Source: Eledone cirrhosa (Eukaryota). Taken from it: DNA of 64,000 nt. The DNA lies in contig OZ024743.1 in NCBI GenBank assembly GCA_964016885.1, forward strand, positions 117,490,001 through 117,554,000, given 5' to 3'. The notes below the pieces were generated by a model, which saw only the letters and a list, made by a program, of their open reading frames with translations, did no database searches and was not told the DNA's origin. Each line of letters starts with the position of its first letter. Within the stretch, counting starts at the first letter, position 1. Below are positions 23,130 to 35,631 of the stretch, piece after piece. The position numbers were made by a program, and so were the translations under genes.

Positions 23130-23524
23130 AAAATGGTATTGTTTCCATGATATGTTTTATAAAATTGACATTAATATTAATATTACGAAATAATTATATG
23201 GTACATTCATGTATCATGATCAATTGATATTCATCCTAAATATTTAATAGCAAAGCGAAATTTTCAGTGAGTTTTCAAAACATTCTTATATATTTATGAA
23301 ATTATTTTGCTATAGGTATGATATGAATTTACTAATATTAATTTTAGTATATAGAACTTGCAACAGGAATAAGCAAGTTCAATTCAAATATTTATGTTTT
23401 ACATAAAAATTACTCGTTTCTAAATCATAAATGATTATATTTCTCGAAGTATTTGTTTAATATAAATATATTGTGGCGATACTGATGTAATTATGACGTC
23501 AATTAGAGAGTCACTAGCTGTACA

Positions 23525-23597
23525 GCCGAAATAGCTCAGTTGGGAGAGCGTTAGACTGAAGATCTAAAGGTCCCCTGTTCAATCCCGGGTTTCGGCA
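23525..23597 (+). tRNA. tRNA-Phe-GAA: tRNA-Phe(GAA), unit 19
   Basis: As unit 1. Confidence 0.9.
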
Positions 23598-23903
23598 TGC
23601 AGACTTATTATTTTCTCAAGTATTTCTAATGATTTTGATAGAGAACTATTTATGATTTAAATAACAATTAATCGAATGGTTCCTTTGTCAGTCATCAAAA
23701 AGTCACTTTTATTTTAGTAGACACCAAATAATACCAACTATCAGCAAAACGTCATATAGTTCAGGTGTGTTTTTGAACATTTAGTTCCGATTCAATAAAA
23801 CAGGAATATTAGACGACAATATCAGCTATTCAGTTTATCAATTCAAATAATGTGTTGAACATTCTAAACGAAACCGTCTATATATGAATGTATAGTAAGA
23901 GCT

Positions 23904-23910
23904 GTCTCTA

Positions 23911-23943
<33 letters not shown>

Positions 23944-23977
23944 TGAAGGGTTGGTGGTTCAAGTCCACCCAGGGACG
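23904..23977 (+). tRNA. tRNA-Asn-GTT: tRNA-Asn(GTT), unit 20 (G7A, A44G)
   Basis: As unit 15. Confidence 0.83.
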
Positions 23978-24313
23978 TAATAGTCTACTTTTGCTTTAGA
24001 AACATTACTAAAAAATCTGTATATTTAGGTTTACAGCTTGCATTCAGAATTATTTGTAACACTAATACATGTTTCAATATATTAGCCTGATAAAGATTAA
24101 TTTTGCTTTACGTTACCTAAACCATTTCATCTCTACTGGATTGTATTTCACCAAAAATCTTCATATTTCTATCTTAAACGAACACTGATCATCATCTGAT
24201 GGAACATATAAAGTGTATGTTATAAAACAAATTCAAATGTTTTAACAATCTAAAGTAGATTATATTTGTTTGTTTAAGTCCTTTCGTAAATATACATTCA
24301 GCACGCACCATTG

Positions 24314-24386
24314 ATCCGGCTAGCTCAGTCGGTAGAGCAGGAGACACTTAATCTCAGAGTCCAGGGTTCGTGTCCAACGTTGGGTG
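24314..24386 (+). pseudogene. tRNA-Lys-CTT: pseudo-tRNA-Lys(CTT), unit 20
   Basis: As unit 1. Confidence 0.85.
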
Positions 24387-24781
24387 AAAATGGTATTGTT
24401 TCCATGATAAGTTTTATAAAATTGACATTAATATTAATATTACGAAATAATTATATGGTACATTCATGTATCATGATCAATTGATATTCACCCTAAACAT
24501 CTAATTGCAAAGCGAAATTTTCAGTGAGTTTTCAAAGCATTCTTATATATTTATGAAATTATTTTGCTATAGGTATGATATGAATTTACTAATATTAATT
24601 TTAGTATATAGAACTTGCAACAGGAATAAGCAAGTTCAATTCAAATATTTATGTTTTACATAAAAATTACTCGTTTCTAAATCATAAATGATTATATTTC
24701 TCGAAGTATTTGTTTAATATAAATATATTGTGGCGATACTGATGTAATTATGACGTCAAATAGAGAGTCGCTAGCTGTACA

Positions 24782-24854
24782 GCCGAAATTGCTCAGTTGG
24801 GAGAGCGTTAGACTGAAGATCTAATGGTCCCCTGTTCAATCCCGGGTTTCGGCA
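24782..24854 (+). tRNA. tRNA-Phe-GAA: tRNA-Phe(GAA), unit 20 (A9T, A44T)
   Basis: As unit 9. Confidence 0.8.
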
Positions 24855-25160
24855 TGCAGACTTATTATTTTCTCAAATATTTCTAATGATTTTGATAGAG
24901 AACTATATATGATTTAAATAACAATTAATCGAATGGTTCCTTTGTCAGTCATCAAAAAGTCACTTTTATTTTAGTAGACACCAAATAATACCAACTATCA
25001 GCAAAACGTCGTATAGTTCAGGTGTGTTTTTAAACATTTAGTTCCGATTCAATAAAAGAGGAATATTAGACGACAATATCAGGTATTCAGTTTATCAATT
25101 CAAATAATGTGTTGAACATTCTAAACGAAACCGTCTATATATGAATGTATAGAAAGAGCT

Positions 25161-25166
25161 GTCTCT

Positions 25167-25200
<34 letters not shown>

Positions 25201-25234
25201 TGAAAGGTTGGTGGTTCAAGTCCACCCAGGGACG
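25161..25234 (+). tRNA. tRNA-Asn-GTT: tRNA-Asn(GTT), unit 21
   Basis: As unit 1. Confidence 0.93.
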
Positions 25235-25570
25235 TAATAGTCTACTTTTGCTTTAGAAACATTACTAAAAAATCTGTATATTTAGGTTTACAGCTTGCAT
25301 TCAGAATTATTTGTAACACTAATACATGTTTCAATATATTAGCCTGATAAAGATTAATTTTGCTTTACGTTACCTAAACCATTTCATCTCTACTGGATTG
25401 TATTTCACCAAAAATCTTCATATTTCTATCTTAAACGAACACTGATCATCATCTGATGGAACATATAAAGTGTATGTTATAAAAAAAATTCAAATGTTTT
25501 AACAATCTAAAGTAGATTATATTTGTTTGTTTAAGTCCTTTCGTAAATATACATTCAGCACGCACCATTG

Positions 25571-25643
25571 ATCCGGCTAGCTCAGTCGGTAGAGCAGGAG
25601 ACACTTAATCTCAGAGTCCAGGGTTCGTGTCCAACGTTGGGTG
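25571..25643 (+). pseudogene. tRNA-Lys-CTT: pseudo-tRNA-Lys(CTT), unit 21
   Basis: As unit 1. Confidence 0.85.
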
Positions 25644-26038
25644 AAAATGGTATTGTTTCCATGATATGTTTTATAAAATTGACATTAATATTAATATTAC
25701 GAAATAATTATATGGTACATTCATGTATCATGATCAATTGATATTCATCCTAAATATTTAATAGCAAAGCGAAATTTTCAGTGAGTTTTCAAAACATTCT
25801 TATATATTTATGAAATTATTTTGCTATAGGTATGATATGAATTTACTAATATTAATTTTAGTATATAGAACTTGCAACAGGAATAAGCAAGTTCAATTCA
25901 AATATTTATGTTTTACATAAAAATTACTCGTTTCTAAATCATAAATGATTATATTTCTCGAAGTATTTGTTTAATATAAATATATTGTGGCGATACTGAT
26001 GTAATTATGACGTCAATTAGAGAGTCACTAGCTGTACA

Positions 26039-26111
26039 GCCGAAATAGCTCAGTTGGGAGAGCGTTAGACTGAAGATCTAAAGGTCCCCTGTTCAATCCC
26101 GGGTTTCGGCA
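26039..26111 (+). tRNA. tRNA-Phe-GAA: tRNA-Phe(GAA), unit 21
   Basis: As unit 1. Confidence 0.9.
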
Positions 26112-26417
26112 TGCAGACTTATTATTTTCTCAAGTATTTCTAATGATTTTGATAGAGAACTATTTATGATTTAAATAACAATTAATCGAATGGTTCCTTT
26201 GTCAGTCATCAAAAAGTCACTTTTATTTTAGTAGACACCAAATAATACCAACTATCAGCAAAACGTCGTATAGTTCAGGTGTGTTTTTAAACATTTAGTT
26301 CCGATTCAATAAAAGAGGAATATTAGACGACAATATCAGGTATTCAGTTTATCAATTCAAATAATGTGTTGAACATTCTAAACGAAACCGTCTATATATG
26401 AATGTATAGAAAGAGCT

Positions 26418-26423
26418 GTCTCT

Positions 26424-26457
<34 letters not shown>

Positions 26458-26491
26458 TGAAAGGTTGGTGGTTCAAGTCCACCCAGGGACG
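26418..26491 (+). tRNA. tRNA-Asn-GTT: tRNA-Asn(GTT), unit 22
   Basis: As unit 1. Confidence 0.93.
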
Positions 26492-26827
26492 TAATAGTCT
26501 ACTTTTGCTTTAGAAACATTACTAAAAAATCTGTATATTTAGGTTTACAGCTTGCATTCAGAATTATTTGTAACACTAATACATGTTTCAATATATTAGC
26601 CTGATAAAGATTAATTTTGCTTTACGTTACCTAAACCATTTCATCTCTACTGGATTGTATTTCACCAAAAATCTTCATATTTCTATCTTAAACGAACACT
26701 GATCATCATCTGATGGAACATATAAAGTGTATGTTATAAAAAAAATTCAAATGTTTTAACAATCTAAAGTAGATTATATTTGTTTGTTTAAGTCCTTTCG
26801 TAAATATACATTCAGCACGCACCATTG

Positions 26828-26900
26828 ATCCGGCTAGCTCAGTCGGTAGAGCAGGAGACACTTAATCTCAGAGTCCAGGGTTCGTGTCCAACGTTGGGTG
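26828..26900 (+). pseudogene. tRNA-Lys-CTT: pseudo-tRNA-Lys(CTT), unit 22
   Basis: As unit 1. Confidence 0.85.
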
Positions 26901-27295
26901 AAAATGGTATTGTTTCCATGATATGTTTTATAAAATTGACATTAATATTAATATTACGAAATAATTATATGGTACATTCATGTATCATGATCAATTGATA
27001 TTCATCCTAAATATTTAATAGCAAAGCGAAATTTTCAGTGAGTTTTCAAAACATTCTTATATATTTATGAAATTATTTTGCTATAGGTATGATATGAATT
27101 TACTAATATTAATTTTAGTATATAGAACTTGCAACAGGAATAAGCAAGTTCAATTCAAATATTTATGTTTTACATAAAAATTACTCGTTTCTAAATCATA
27201 AATGATTATATTTCTCGAAGTATTTGTTTAATATAAATATATTGTGGCGATACTGATGTAATTATGACGTCAATTAGAGAGTCACTAGCTGTACA

Positions 27296-27368
27296 GCCGA
27301 AATAGCTCAGTTGGGAGAGCGTTAGACTGAAGATCTAAAGGTCCCCTGTTCAATCCCGGGTTTCGGCA
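27296..27368 (+). tRNA. tRNA-Phe-GAA: tRNA-Phe(GAA), unit 22
   Basis: As unit 1. Confidence 0.9.
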
Positions 27369-27674
27369 TGCAGACTTATTATTTTCTCAAGTATTTCTAA
27401 TGATTTTGATAGAGAACTATTTATGATTTAAATAACAATTAATCGAATGGTTCCTTTGTCAGTCATCAAAAAGTCACTTTTATTTTAGTAGACACCAAAT
27501 AATACCAACTATCAGCAACACGTCATATAGTTCAGGTGTGTTTTTGAACATTTAGTTCCGATTCAATAAAACAGGAATATTAGACGACAATATCAGCTAT
27601 TCAGTTTATCAATTCAAATAATGTGTTGAACATTCTAAACGAAACCGTCTATATATGAATGTATAGTAAGAGCT

Positions 27675-27681
27675 GTCTCTA

Positions 27682-27714
<33 letters not shown>

Positions 27715-27748
27715 TGAAAGGTTGGTGGTTCAAGTCCACCCAGGGACG
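27675..27748 (+). tRNA. tRNA-Asn-GTT: tRNA-Asn(GTT), unit 23 (G7A)
   Basis: As unit 5. Confidence 0.85.
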
Positions 27749-28084
27749 TAATAGTCTACTTTTGCTTTAGAAACATTACTAAAAAATCTGTATATTTAGG
27801 TTTACAGCTTGCATTCAGAATTATTTGTAACACTAATACATGTTTCAATATATTAGCCTGATAAAGATTAATTTTGCTTTACGTTACCTAAACCATTTCA
27901 TCTCTACTGGATTGTATTTCACCAAAAATCTTCATATTTCTATCTTAAACGAACACTGATCATCATCTGATGGAACATATAAAGTGTATGTTATAAAAAA
28001 AATTCAAATGTTTTAACAATCTAAAGTAGATTATATTTGTTTGTTTAAGTCCTTTCGTAAATATACATTCAGCACGCACCATTG

Positions 28085-28157
28085 ATCCGGCTAGCTCAGT
28101 CGGTAGAGCAGGAGACACTTAATCTCAGAGTCCAGGGTTCGTGTCCAACGTTGGGTG
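28085..28157 (+). pseudogene. tRNA-Lys-CTT: pseudo-tRNA-Lys(CTT), unit 23
   Basis: As unit 1. Confidence 0.85.
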
Positions 28158-28552
28158 AAAATGGTATTGTTTCCATGATAAGTTTTATAAAATTGACATT
28201 AATATTAATATTACGAAATAATTATATGGTACATTCATGTATCATGATCAATTGATATTCACCCTAAACATCTAATTGCAAAGCGAAATTTTCAGTGAGT
28301 TTTCAAAGCATTCTTATATATTTATGAAATTATTTTGCTATAGGTATGATATGAATTTACTAATATTAATTTTAGTATATAGAACTTGCAACAGGAATAA
28401 GCAAGTTCAATTCAAATATTTATGTTTTACATAAAAATTACTCGTTTCTAAATCATAAATGATTATATTTCTCGAAGTATTTGTTTAATATAAATATATT
28501 GTGGCGATACTGATGTAATTATGACGTCAAATAGAGAGTCGCTAGCTGTACA

Positions 28553-28625
28553 GCCGAAATTGCTCAGTTGGGAGAGCGTTAGACTGAAGATCTAATGGTC
28601 CCCTGTTCAATCCCGGGTTTCGGCA
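28553..28625 (+). tRNA. tRNA-Phe-GAA: tRNA-Phe(GAA), unit 23 (A9T, A44T)
   Basis: As unit 9. Confidence 0.8.
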
Positions 28626-28931
28626 TGCAGACTTATTATTTTCTCAAATATTTCTAATGATTTTGATAGAGAACTATATATGATTTAAATAACAATTAAT
28701 CGAATGGTTCCTTTGTCAGTCATCAAAAAGTCACTTTTATTTTAGTAGACACCAAATAATACCAACTATCAGCAAAACGTCATATAGTTCAGGTGTGTTT
28801 TTGAACATTTAGTTCCGATTCAATCAAAGAGGAATATTAGACGACAATATCAGGTATTCAGTTTATCAATTCAAATAATGTGTTGAACATTCTAAACGAA
28901 ACCGTCTATATATGAACGTATAGTAAGAGCC

Positions 28932-28937
28932 GTCTCT

Positions 28938-28971
<34 letters not shown>

Positions 28972-29005
28972 TGAAAGGTTGGTGGTTCAAGTCTACCCAG
29001 GGACG
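28932..29005 (+). tRNA. tRNA-Asn-GTT: tRNA-Asn(GTT), unit 24 (C62T)
   Basis: As unit 1, G52:T62 wobble. Confidence 0.87.
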
Positions 29006-29343
29006 TAGTAGTCTAGTTTTGCTTTAGAAACATTACTAAAAAATCTGTATATTTAGGTTTACAGCTTGCATTTAGAATTATTTGTAACACTAATACATGT
29101 TTCAATATATTAGCCTGATAAAGATTAATTTTGCTTTACGTTACCTAAACCATTTCATCTCTACTGGATTGTATTTCACCAAAAATCTTCATATTTCTAT
29201 CTTAAACGAACACTGATCATCATCTGATGGAACATATAAAGTGTATGTTATAAAAAAAATTCAAATGTTTTAACAATCTAAGGTAGATTATATTTATGTT
29301 TGTTTAAGTTCTTTCGTAAATATACATTCAGCACGCACCATTG

Positions 29344-29416
29344 ATCCGGCTAGATCAGTCGGTAGAGCAGGAGACACTTAATCTCAGAGTCCAGGGTTCG
29401 TGTCCAACGTTGGGTG
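29344..29416 (+). pseudogene. tRNA-Lys-CTT: pseudo-tRNA-Lys(CTT), unit 24
   Basis: As unit 1 plus C11A. Confidence 0.85.
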
Positions 29417-29811
29417 AAAATGGTATTGTTTCCATGATATGTTTTATAAAATTGACATTAATATTAATATTACGAAATAATTATATGGTACATTCATGTA
29501 TCATGATCAATTGATATTTACCCTAAATATCTAATAGCAAAGCGAAATTTTCAGTGAGTTTTCAAAGCATTCTTATATATTTATGAAATTATTTTGCTAT
29601 AGGTATGATATGAATTTACTAATATTAATTTTAGTATATAGAACATGCAACAGGAATAAGCAAGTTCAATTAAAATATTTATGTTTTACATATAAATTAC
29701 TCGTTTCTAAATCATAAATGATTATATTTCTCGAAGTATTTGTTTAATATAAATATATTGTGGCGATACTGATGTAATTATGACGTCAAATAGAGAGTCA
29801 CTAGCTGTACA

Positions 29812-29884
29812 GCCGAAATAGCTCAGTTGGGAGAGCGTTAGACTGAAGATCTAAAGGTCCCCTGTTCAATCCCGGGTTTCGGCA
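29812..29884 (+). tRNA. tRNA-Phe-GAA: tRNA-Phe(GAA), unit 24
   Basis: As unit 1. Confidence 0.9.
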
Positions 29885-30190
29885 TGCAGACTTATTATTT
29901 TCTCAAATATTTCTAATGATTTTGATAGAGAACTATATATGATTTAAATAACAAATAATCGAATGGTTCCTTTGTCAGTCATCAAAAAGTCACTTTTATT
30001 TTAGTAGACACCAAATAATACCAACTATCAGCAAAACGTCATATAGTTCGGGTGTGATTTTGAACATTTAGTTCCGATTCAATAAAAGAGGAATATTAGA
30101 CGACAATATCAGCTATTCAGTTTATCAATTCAAATAATGTGTTGAACATTCTAAACGAAACCGTCTATATATGAATGTATAGTAAGAGCT

Positions 30191-30196
30191 GTCTCT

Positions 30197-30230
<34 letters not shown>

Positions 30231-30264
30231 TGAAAGGTTGGTGGTTCAAGTCCATCCAGGGACG
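30191..30264 (+). tRNA. tRNA-Asn-GTT: tRNA-Asn(GTT), unit 25 (C64T)
   Basis: As unit 1, G50:T64 wobble. Confidence 0.87.
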
Positions 30265-30599
30265 TAGTAGTCTAGTTTTGCTTTAGAACATTCCTAAAAA
30301 ATCTGTATATTTAGGTTTACAGCTTGCATTTAGAATTATTTGTAACACTAATACATGTTTCAATATATTAGCCTGATAAAGATTAATTTTGCTTTACGTT
30401 ACCTAAACCATTTCATCTCTACTGGATTGTATTTCACCAAAAATCTTCATATTTCTATCTTAAACGAACACTGATCATCATCTGATGGAACATATAAAGT
30501 GTATGTTATAAAAAAAATTCAAATGTTTTAACAATCTAAAGTAGATTATATTTGTTTGTTTAAGTTCTTTCGTAAATATACATTCAACACGCACCATTG

Positions 30600-30672
30600 A
30601 TCCGGCTAGCTCAGTCGGTAGAGCAGGAGACACTTAATCTCAGAGTCCAGGGTTCGTGTCCAACGTTGGGTG
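30600..30672 (+). pseudogene. tRNA-Lys-CTT: pseudo-tRNA-Lys(CTT), unit 25
   Basis: As unit 1. Confidence 0.85.
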
Positions 30673-31067
30673 AAAATGGTATTGTTTCCATGATATGTTT
30701 TATAAAATTGACATTAATATTAATATTACGAAATAATTATATGGTACATTCATGTATCATGATCAATTGATATTCACCCTAAATATCTAATTGCAAAGCG
30801 AAATTTTCAGTGAGTTTTCAAAGCATTCTTATATATTTATGAAACTATTTTGCTATAGGTATGATATGAATTTACTAATATTAATTTTAGTATATAGAAC
30901 ATGCAACAGGAATAAGCAAGTTCAATTCAAATATTTATGTTTTACATATAAATTACTCGTTTCTAAATCATAAATGATTATATTTCTCGAAGTATTTGTT
31001 TAATATAAATATATTGTGGCGATACTGATGTAATTATGACGTCAAATAGAGAGTCACTAGCTGTGCA

Positions 31068-31140
31068 GCCGAAATAGCTCAGTTGGGAGAGCGTTAGACT
31101 GAAGATCTAAAGGTCCCCTGTTCAATCTCGGGTTTCGGCA
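31068..31140 (+). tRNA. tRNA-Phe-GAA: tRNA-Phe(GAA), unit 25 (C61T, B-box hit)
   Basis: TTCAATCTCGGG. Confidence 0.72.
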
Positions 31141-31446
31141 TGCAGACTTATTATTTTCTCAAATATTTCTAATGATTTTGATAGAGAACTATATATGATT
31201 TAAATAACAAATAATCGAATGGTTCCTTTGTCAGTCATCAAAAAGTCACTTTTATTTTAGTAGACACCAAATAATACCAACTATCAGCAAAACGTCATAT
31301 AGTTCGGGTGTGTTTTTGAACATTTAGTTCCGATTCAATAAAAGAGGAATATTAGACGACAATATCAGCTATTCAGTTTATCAATTCAAATAATGTGTTG
31401 AACATTCTAAACGAAACTGTCTATATATGAATGTATAGTAAGAGCT

Positions 31447-31520
31447 GTCTCTGTGGCGCAATCGGTTAACGCGTTCGGCTGTTAACTGAAAGGTTGGTGG
31501 TTCAAGTCCACCCAGGGACG
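31447..31520 (+). tRNA. tRNA-Asn-GTT: tRNA-Asn(GTT), unit 26 (G22A)
   Basis: As unit 1, C13:A22 mismatch. Confidence 0.85.
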
Positions 31521-31858
31521 TAATAGTCTACTTTTGCTTTAGAAACATTACTAAAAAATCTGTATATTTTGGTTTACAGCTTGCATTTAGAATTATTTGT
31601 AACACTAATACATGTTTCAATATATTAGCCTGATAAAGATTAATTTTGCTTTACGTTACCTAAACCTTTTCATCTCTACTGGATTGTATTTCACCAAAAA
31701 TCTTCATATTTCTATCTTAAACGAACACTGATCATCATCTGATGGAACATATAAAGTGTATGTTATGAAAAAAATTCAAATGTTTTAACAATCTAAAGTA
31801 GATTATATTTATGTTTGTTTAAGTTCTTTCGTAAATATACATTCAGCACGCACCATTG

Positions 31859-31931
31859 ATCCGGCTAGCTCAGTTGGTAGAGCAGGAGACACTTAATCTC
31901 AGAGTCCAGGATTCGTGTCCAACGTTGGGTG
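31859..31931 (+). pseudogene. tRNA-Lys-CTT: pseudo-tRNA-Lys(CTT), unit 26
   Basis: As unit 1 plus C17T, G53A. Confidence 0.85.
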
Positions 31932-32326
31932 AAAATGGTATTGTTTCCATGATATGTTTTATAAAATTGACATTAATATTAATATTACGAAATAATTATA
32001 TGGTACATTCATGTATCATGATCAATTGATATTCACCCTAAATGTCTAATAGCAAAGCGAAATTTTCAGTGAGTTTTCAAAGCATTCTTATATATTTATG
32101 AAATTATTTTGCTATAGGTATGATATGAATTTACTAATATTAATTTTAGTATATAGAACATGCAACAGGAATAACCAAGTTCAATTCAAATATTTATGTT
32201 TTACATATAAATTACTCGTTTCTAAATCATAAATGATTATATTTCTCGAAGTATTTGTTTAATATAAATATATTGTGGCGATACTGATGTAATTATGACG
32301 TCAAATAGAGAGTCACTAGCTGTACA

Positions 32327-32399
32327 GCCGAAATAGCTCAGTTGGGAGAGCGTTAGACTGAAGATCTAAAGGTCCCCTGTTCAATCCCGGGTTTCGGCA
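32327..32399 (+). tRNA. tRNA-Phe-GAA: tRNA-Phe(GAA), unit 26
   Basis: As unit 1. Confidence 0.9.
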
Positions 32400-32705
32400 T
32401 GCAGACTTATTATTTTCTCAAATATTTCTAATGATTTTGATAGAGAACTATATATGATTTAAATAACAAATAATCGAATGGTTCCTTTGTCAGTCATCAA
32501 AAAGTCACTTTTATTTTAGTAGACACCAAATAATACCAACTATCAGCAAAACGTCATACAGTTCGGGTGTGTTTTTGAACATTTAGTTCCGATTCAATAA
32601 AAGAGGAATATTAGACGACAATATCAGCTATTCAGTTTATCAATTCAAATAATGTGTTGAACATTCTAAACGAAACCGTCTATATATGAATGTATAGTAA
32701 GAGCT

Positions 32706-32711
32706 GTCTCT

Positions 32712-32745
<34 letters not shown>

Positions 32746-32779
32746 TGAAAGGTTGGTGGTTCAAGTCCACCCAGGGACG
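32706..32779 (+). tRNA. tRNA-Asn-GTT: tRNA-Asn(GTT), unit 27
   Basis: As unit 1. Confidence 0.93.
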
Positions 32780-33115
32780 TAATAGTCTACTTTTGCTTTA
32801 GAAACATTACTAAAAAATATGTATATTTAGGTTTACAGCTTGCATTCAGAATTATTTGTAACACTTATACATGTTTCAATATATTAGCCTGATAAAGTTT
32901 AATTTTGCTTTACGTTACCTAAACCATTTCATCTCTACTGGATTGTATTTCACCAAAAATCTTCATATTTCTATCTTAAACGAACACTGATCATCATCTG
33001 ATGGAACATATAAAGTGTATGTTATAAAAAAAATTCAAATGTTTTAACAATCTAAAGTAGATTATATTTGTTTGTTTAAGTCCTTTCGTAAATATACATT
33101 CAGCACGCACCATTG

Positions 33116-33188
33116 ATCCGGCTAGCTCAGTCGGTAGAGCAGGAGACACTTAATCTCAGAGTCCAGTGTTCGTGTCCAACGTTGGGTG
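33116..33188 (+). pseudogene. tRNA-Lys-CTT: pseudo-tRNA-Lys(CTT), unit 27
   Basis: As unit 1 plus G52T. Confidence 0.85.
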
Positions 33189-33583
33189 AAAATGGTATTG
33201 TTTCCATGATAAGTTTTATAAAATTGACATTAATATTAATATTACGAAATAATTATATGGTACATTCATGTATCATGATCAATTGATATTCACCCTAAAT
33301 ATCTAATTGCAAAGCGAAATTTTCAGTGAGTTTTCAAAGCATTCTTATATATTTATGAAATTATTTTGCTATAGGTATGATATGAATTTACTAATATTAA
33401 TTTTAGTATATAGAACTTGCAACAGGAATAAGCAAGTTCAATTCAAATATTTATGTTTTACATAAAAATTACTCGTTTCTAAATCATAAATGATTATATT
33501 TCTCGAAGTATTTGTTTAATATAAATATATTGTGGCGATACTGATGTAATTATGACGTCAAATAGAGAGTCACTAGCTGTACA

Positions 33584-33656
33584 GCCGAAATTGCTCAGTT
33601 GGGAGAGCGTTAGACTGAAGATCTAATGGTCCCCTGTTCAATCCCGGGTTTCGGCA
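33584..33656 (+). tRNA. tRNA-Phe-GAA: tRNA-Phe(GAA), unit 27 (A9T, A44T)
   Basis: As unit 9. Confidence 0.8.
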
Positions 33657-33962
33657 TGCAGACTTATTATTTTCTCAAATATTTCTAATGATTTTGATAG
33701 AGAACTATATATGATTTAAATAACAATTAATCGAATGGTTCCTTTGTCAGTCATCAAAAAGTCACTTTTATTTTAGTAGACACCAAATAATACCAACTAT
33801 CAGCAAAACGTCATATAGTTCAGGTGTGTTTTTGAACATTTAGTTCCGATTCAATCAAAGAGGAATATTAGACGACAATATCAGGTATTCAGTTTATCAA
33901 TTCAAATAATGTGTTGAACATTCTAAACGAAACCGTCTATATATGAACGTATAGTAAGAGCT

Positions 33963-33968
33963 GTCTCT

Positions 33969-34002
<34 letters not shown>

Positions 34003-34036
34003 TGAAAGGTTGGTGGTTCAAGTCTACCCAGGGACG
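33963..34036 (+). tRNA. tRNA-Asn-GTT: tRNA-Asn(GTT), unit 28 (C62T)
   Basis: As unit 24. Confidence 0.87.
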
Positions 34037-34372
34037 TAGTAGTCTAGTTTTGCTTTAGAAACATTACTAAAAAATCTGTATATTTAGGTTTACAGCTTGC
34101 ATTTAGAATTATTTGTAACACTAATACATGTTTCAATATATTAGCCTGATAAAGATTAATTTTGCTTTACGTTACCTAAACCATTTCATCTCTACTGGAT
34201 TGTATTTCACCAAAAATCTTCATATTTCTATCTTAAACGAACACTGATCATCATCTGATGGAACATATAAAGTGTATGTTATAAAAAAAATTCAAATGTT
34301 TTAACAATCTAAAGTAGATTATATTTGTTTGTTTAAGTTCTTTCGTAAATATACATTCAACACGCACCATTG

Positions 34373-34445
34373 ATCCGGCTAGCTCAGTCGGTAGAGCAGG
34401 AGACACTTAATCTCAGAGTCCAGGGTTCGTGTCCAACGTTGGGTG
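34373..34445 (+). pseudogene. tRNA-Lys-CTT: pseudo-tRNA-Lys(CTT), unit 28
   Basis: As unit 1. Confidence 0.85.
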
Positions 34446-34840
34446 AAAATGGTATTGTTTCCATGATATGTTTTATAAAATTGACATTAATATTAATATT
34501 ACGAAATAATTATATGGTACATTCATGTATCATGATCAATTGATATTCACCCTAAATATCTAATTGCAAAGCGAAATTTTCAGTGAGTTTTCAAAGCATT
34601 CTTATATATTTATGAAACTATTTTGCTATAGGTATGATATGAATTTACTAATATTAATTTTAGTATATAGAACATGCAACAGGAATAAGCAAGTTCAATT
34701 CAAATATTTATGTTTTACATATAAATTACTCGTTTCTAAATCATAAATGATTATATTTCTCGAAGTATTTGTTTAATATAAATATATTGTGGCGATACTG
34801 ATGTAATTATGACGTCAAATAGAGAGTCACTAGCTGTGCA

Positions 34841-34913
34841 GCCGAAATAGCTCAGTTGGGAGAGCGTTAGACTGAAGATCTAAAGGTCCCCTGTTCAATC
34901 TCGGGTTTCGGCA
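34841..34913 (+). tRNA. tRNA-Phe-GAA: tRNA-Phe(GAA), unit 28 (C61T)
   Basis: As unit 25. Confidence 0.72.
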
Positions 34914-35219
34914 TGCAGACTTATTATTTTCTCAAATATTTCTAATGATTTTGATAGAGAACTATATATGATTTAAATAACAAATAATCGAATGGTTCCT
35001 TTGTCAGTCATCAAAAAGTCACTTTTATTTTAGTAGACACCAAATAATACCAACTATCAGCAAAACGTCATATAGTTCGGGTGTGTTTTTGAACATTTAG
35101 TTCCGATTCAATAAAAGAGGAATATTAGACGACAATATCAGCTATTCAGTTTATCAATTCAAATAATGTGTTGAACATTCTAAACGAAACTGTCTATATA
35201 TGAATGTATAGTAAGAGCT

Positions 35220-35293
35220 GTCTCTGTGGCGCAATCGGTTAACGCGTTCGGCTGTTAACTGAAAGGTTGGTGGTTCAAGTCCACCCAGGGACG
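35220..35293 (+). tRNA. tRNA-Asn-GTT: tRNA-Asn(GTT), unit 29 (G22A)
   Basis: As unit 26. Confidence 0.85.
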
Positions 35294-35631
35294 TAATAGT
35301 CTACTTTTGCTTTAGAAACATTACTAAAAAATCTGTATATTTTGGTTTACAGCTTGCATTTAGAATTATTTGTAACACTAATACATGTTTCAATATATTA
35401 GCCTGATAAAGATTAATTTTGCTTTACGTTACCTAAACCTTTTCATCTCTACTGGATTGTATTTCACCAAAAATCTTCATATTTCTATCTTAAACGAACA
35501 CTGATCATCATCTGATGGAACATATAAAGTGTATGTTATGAAAAAAATTCAAATGTTTTAACAATCTAAAGTAGATTATATTTATGTTTGTTTAAGTTCT
35601 TTCGTAAATATACATTCAGCACGCACCATTG

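Larger units (their letters stand above)
13828..28911 (+). repeat. 5-unit higher-order repeat, period 6285 bp (~2.4 copies, units 12-23)
   Basis: Variant order B,A,B,A',B' repeats; private marker GAAGGGTTGG at 17663 and 23948 (difference 6285 = 5x1257). Confidence 0.85.
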
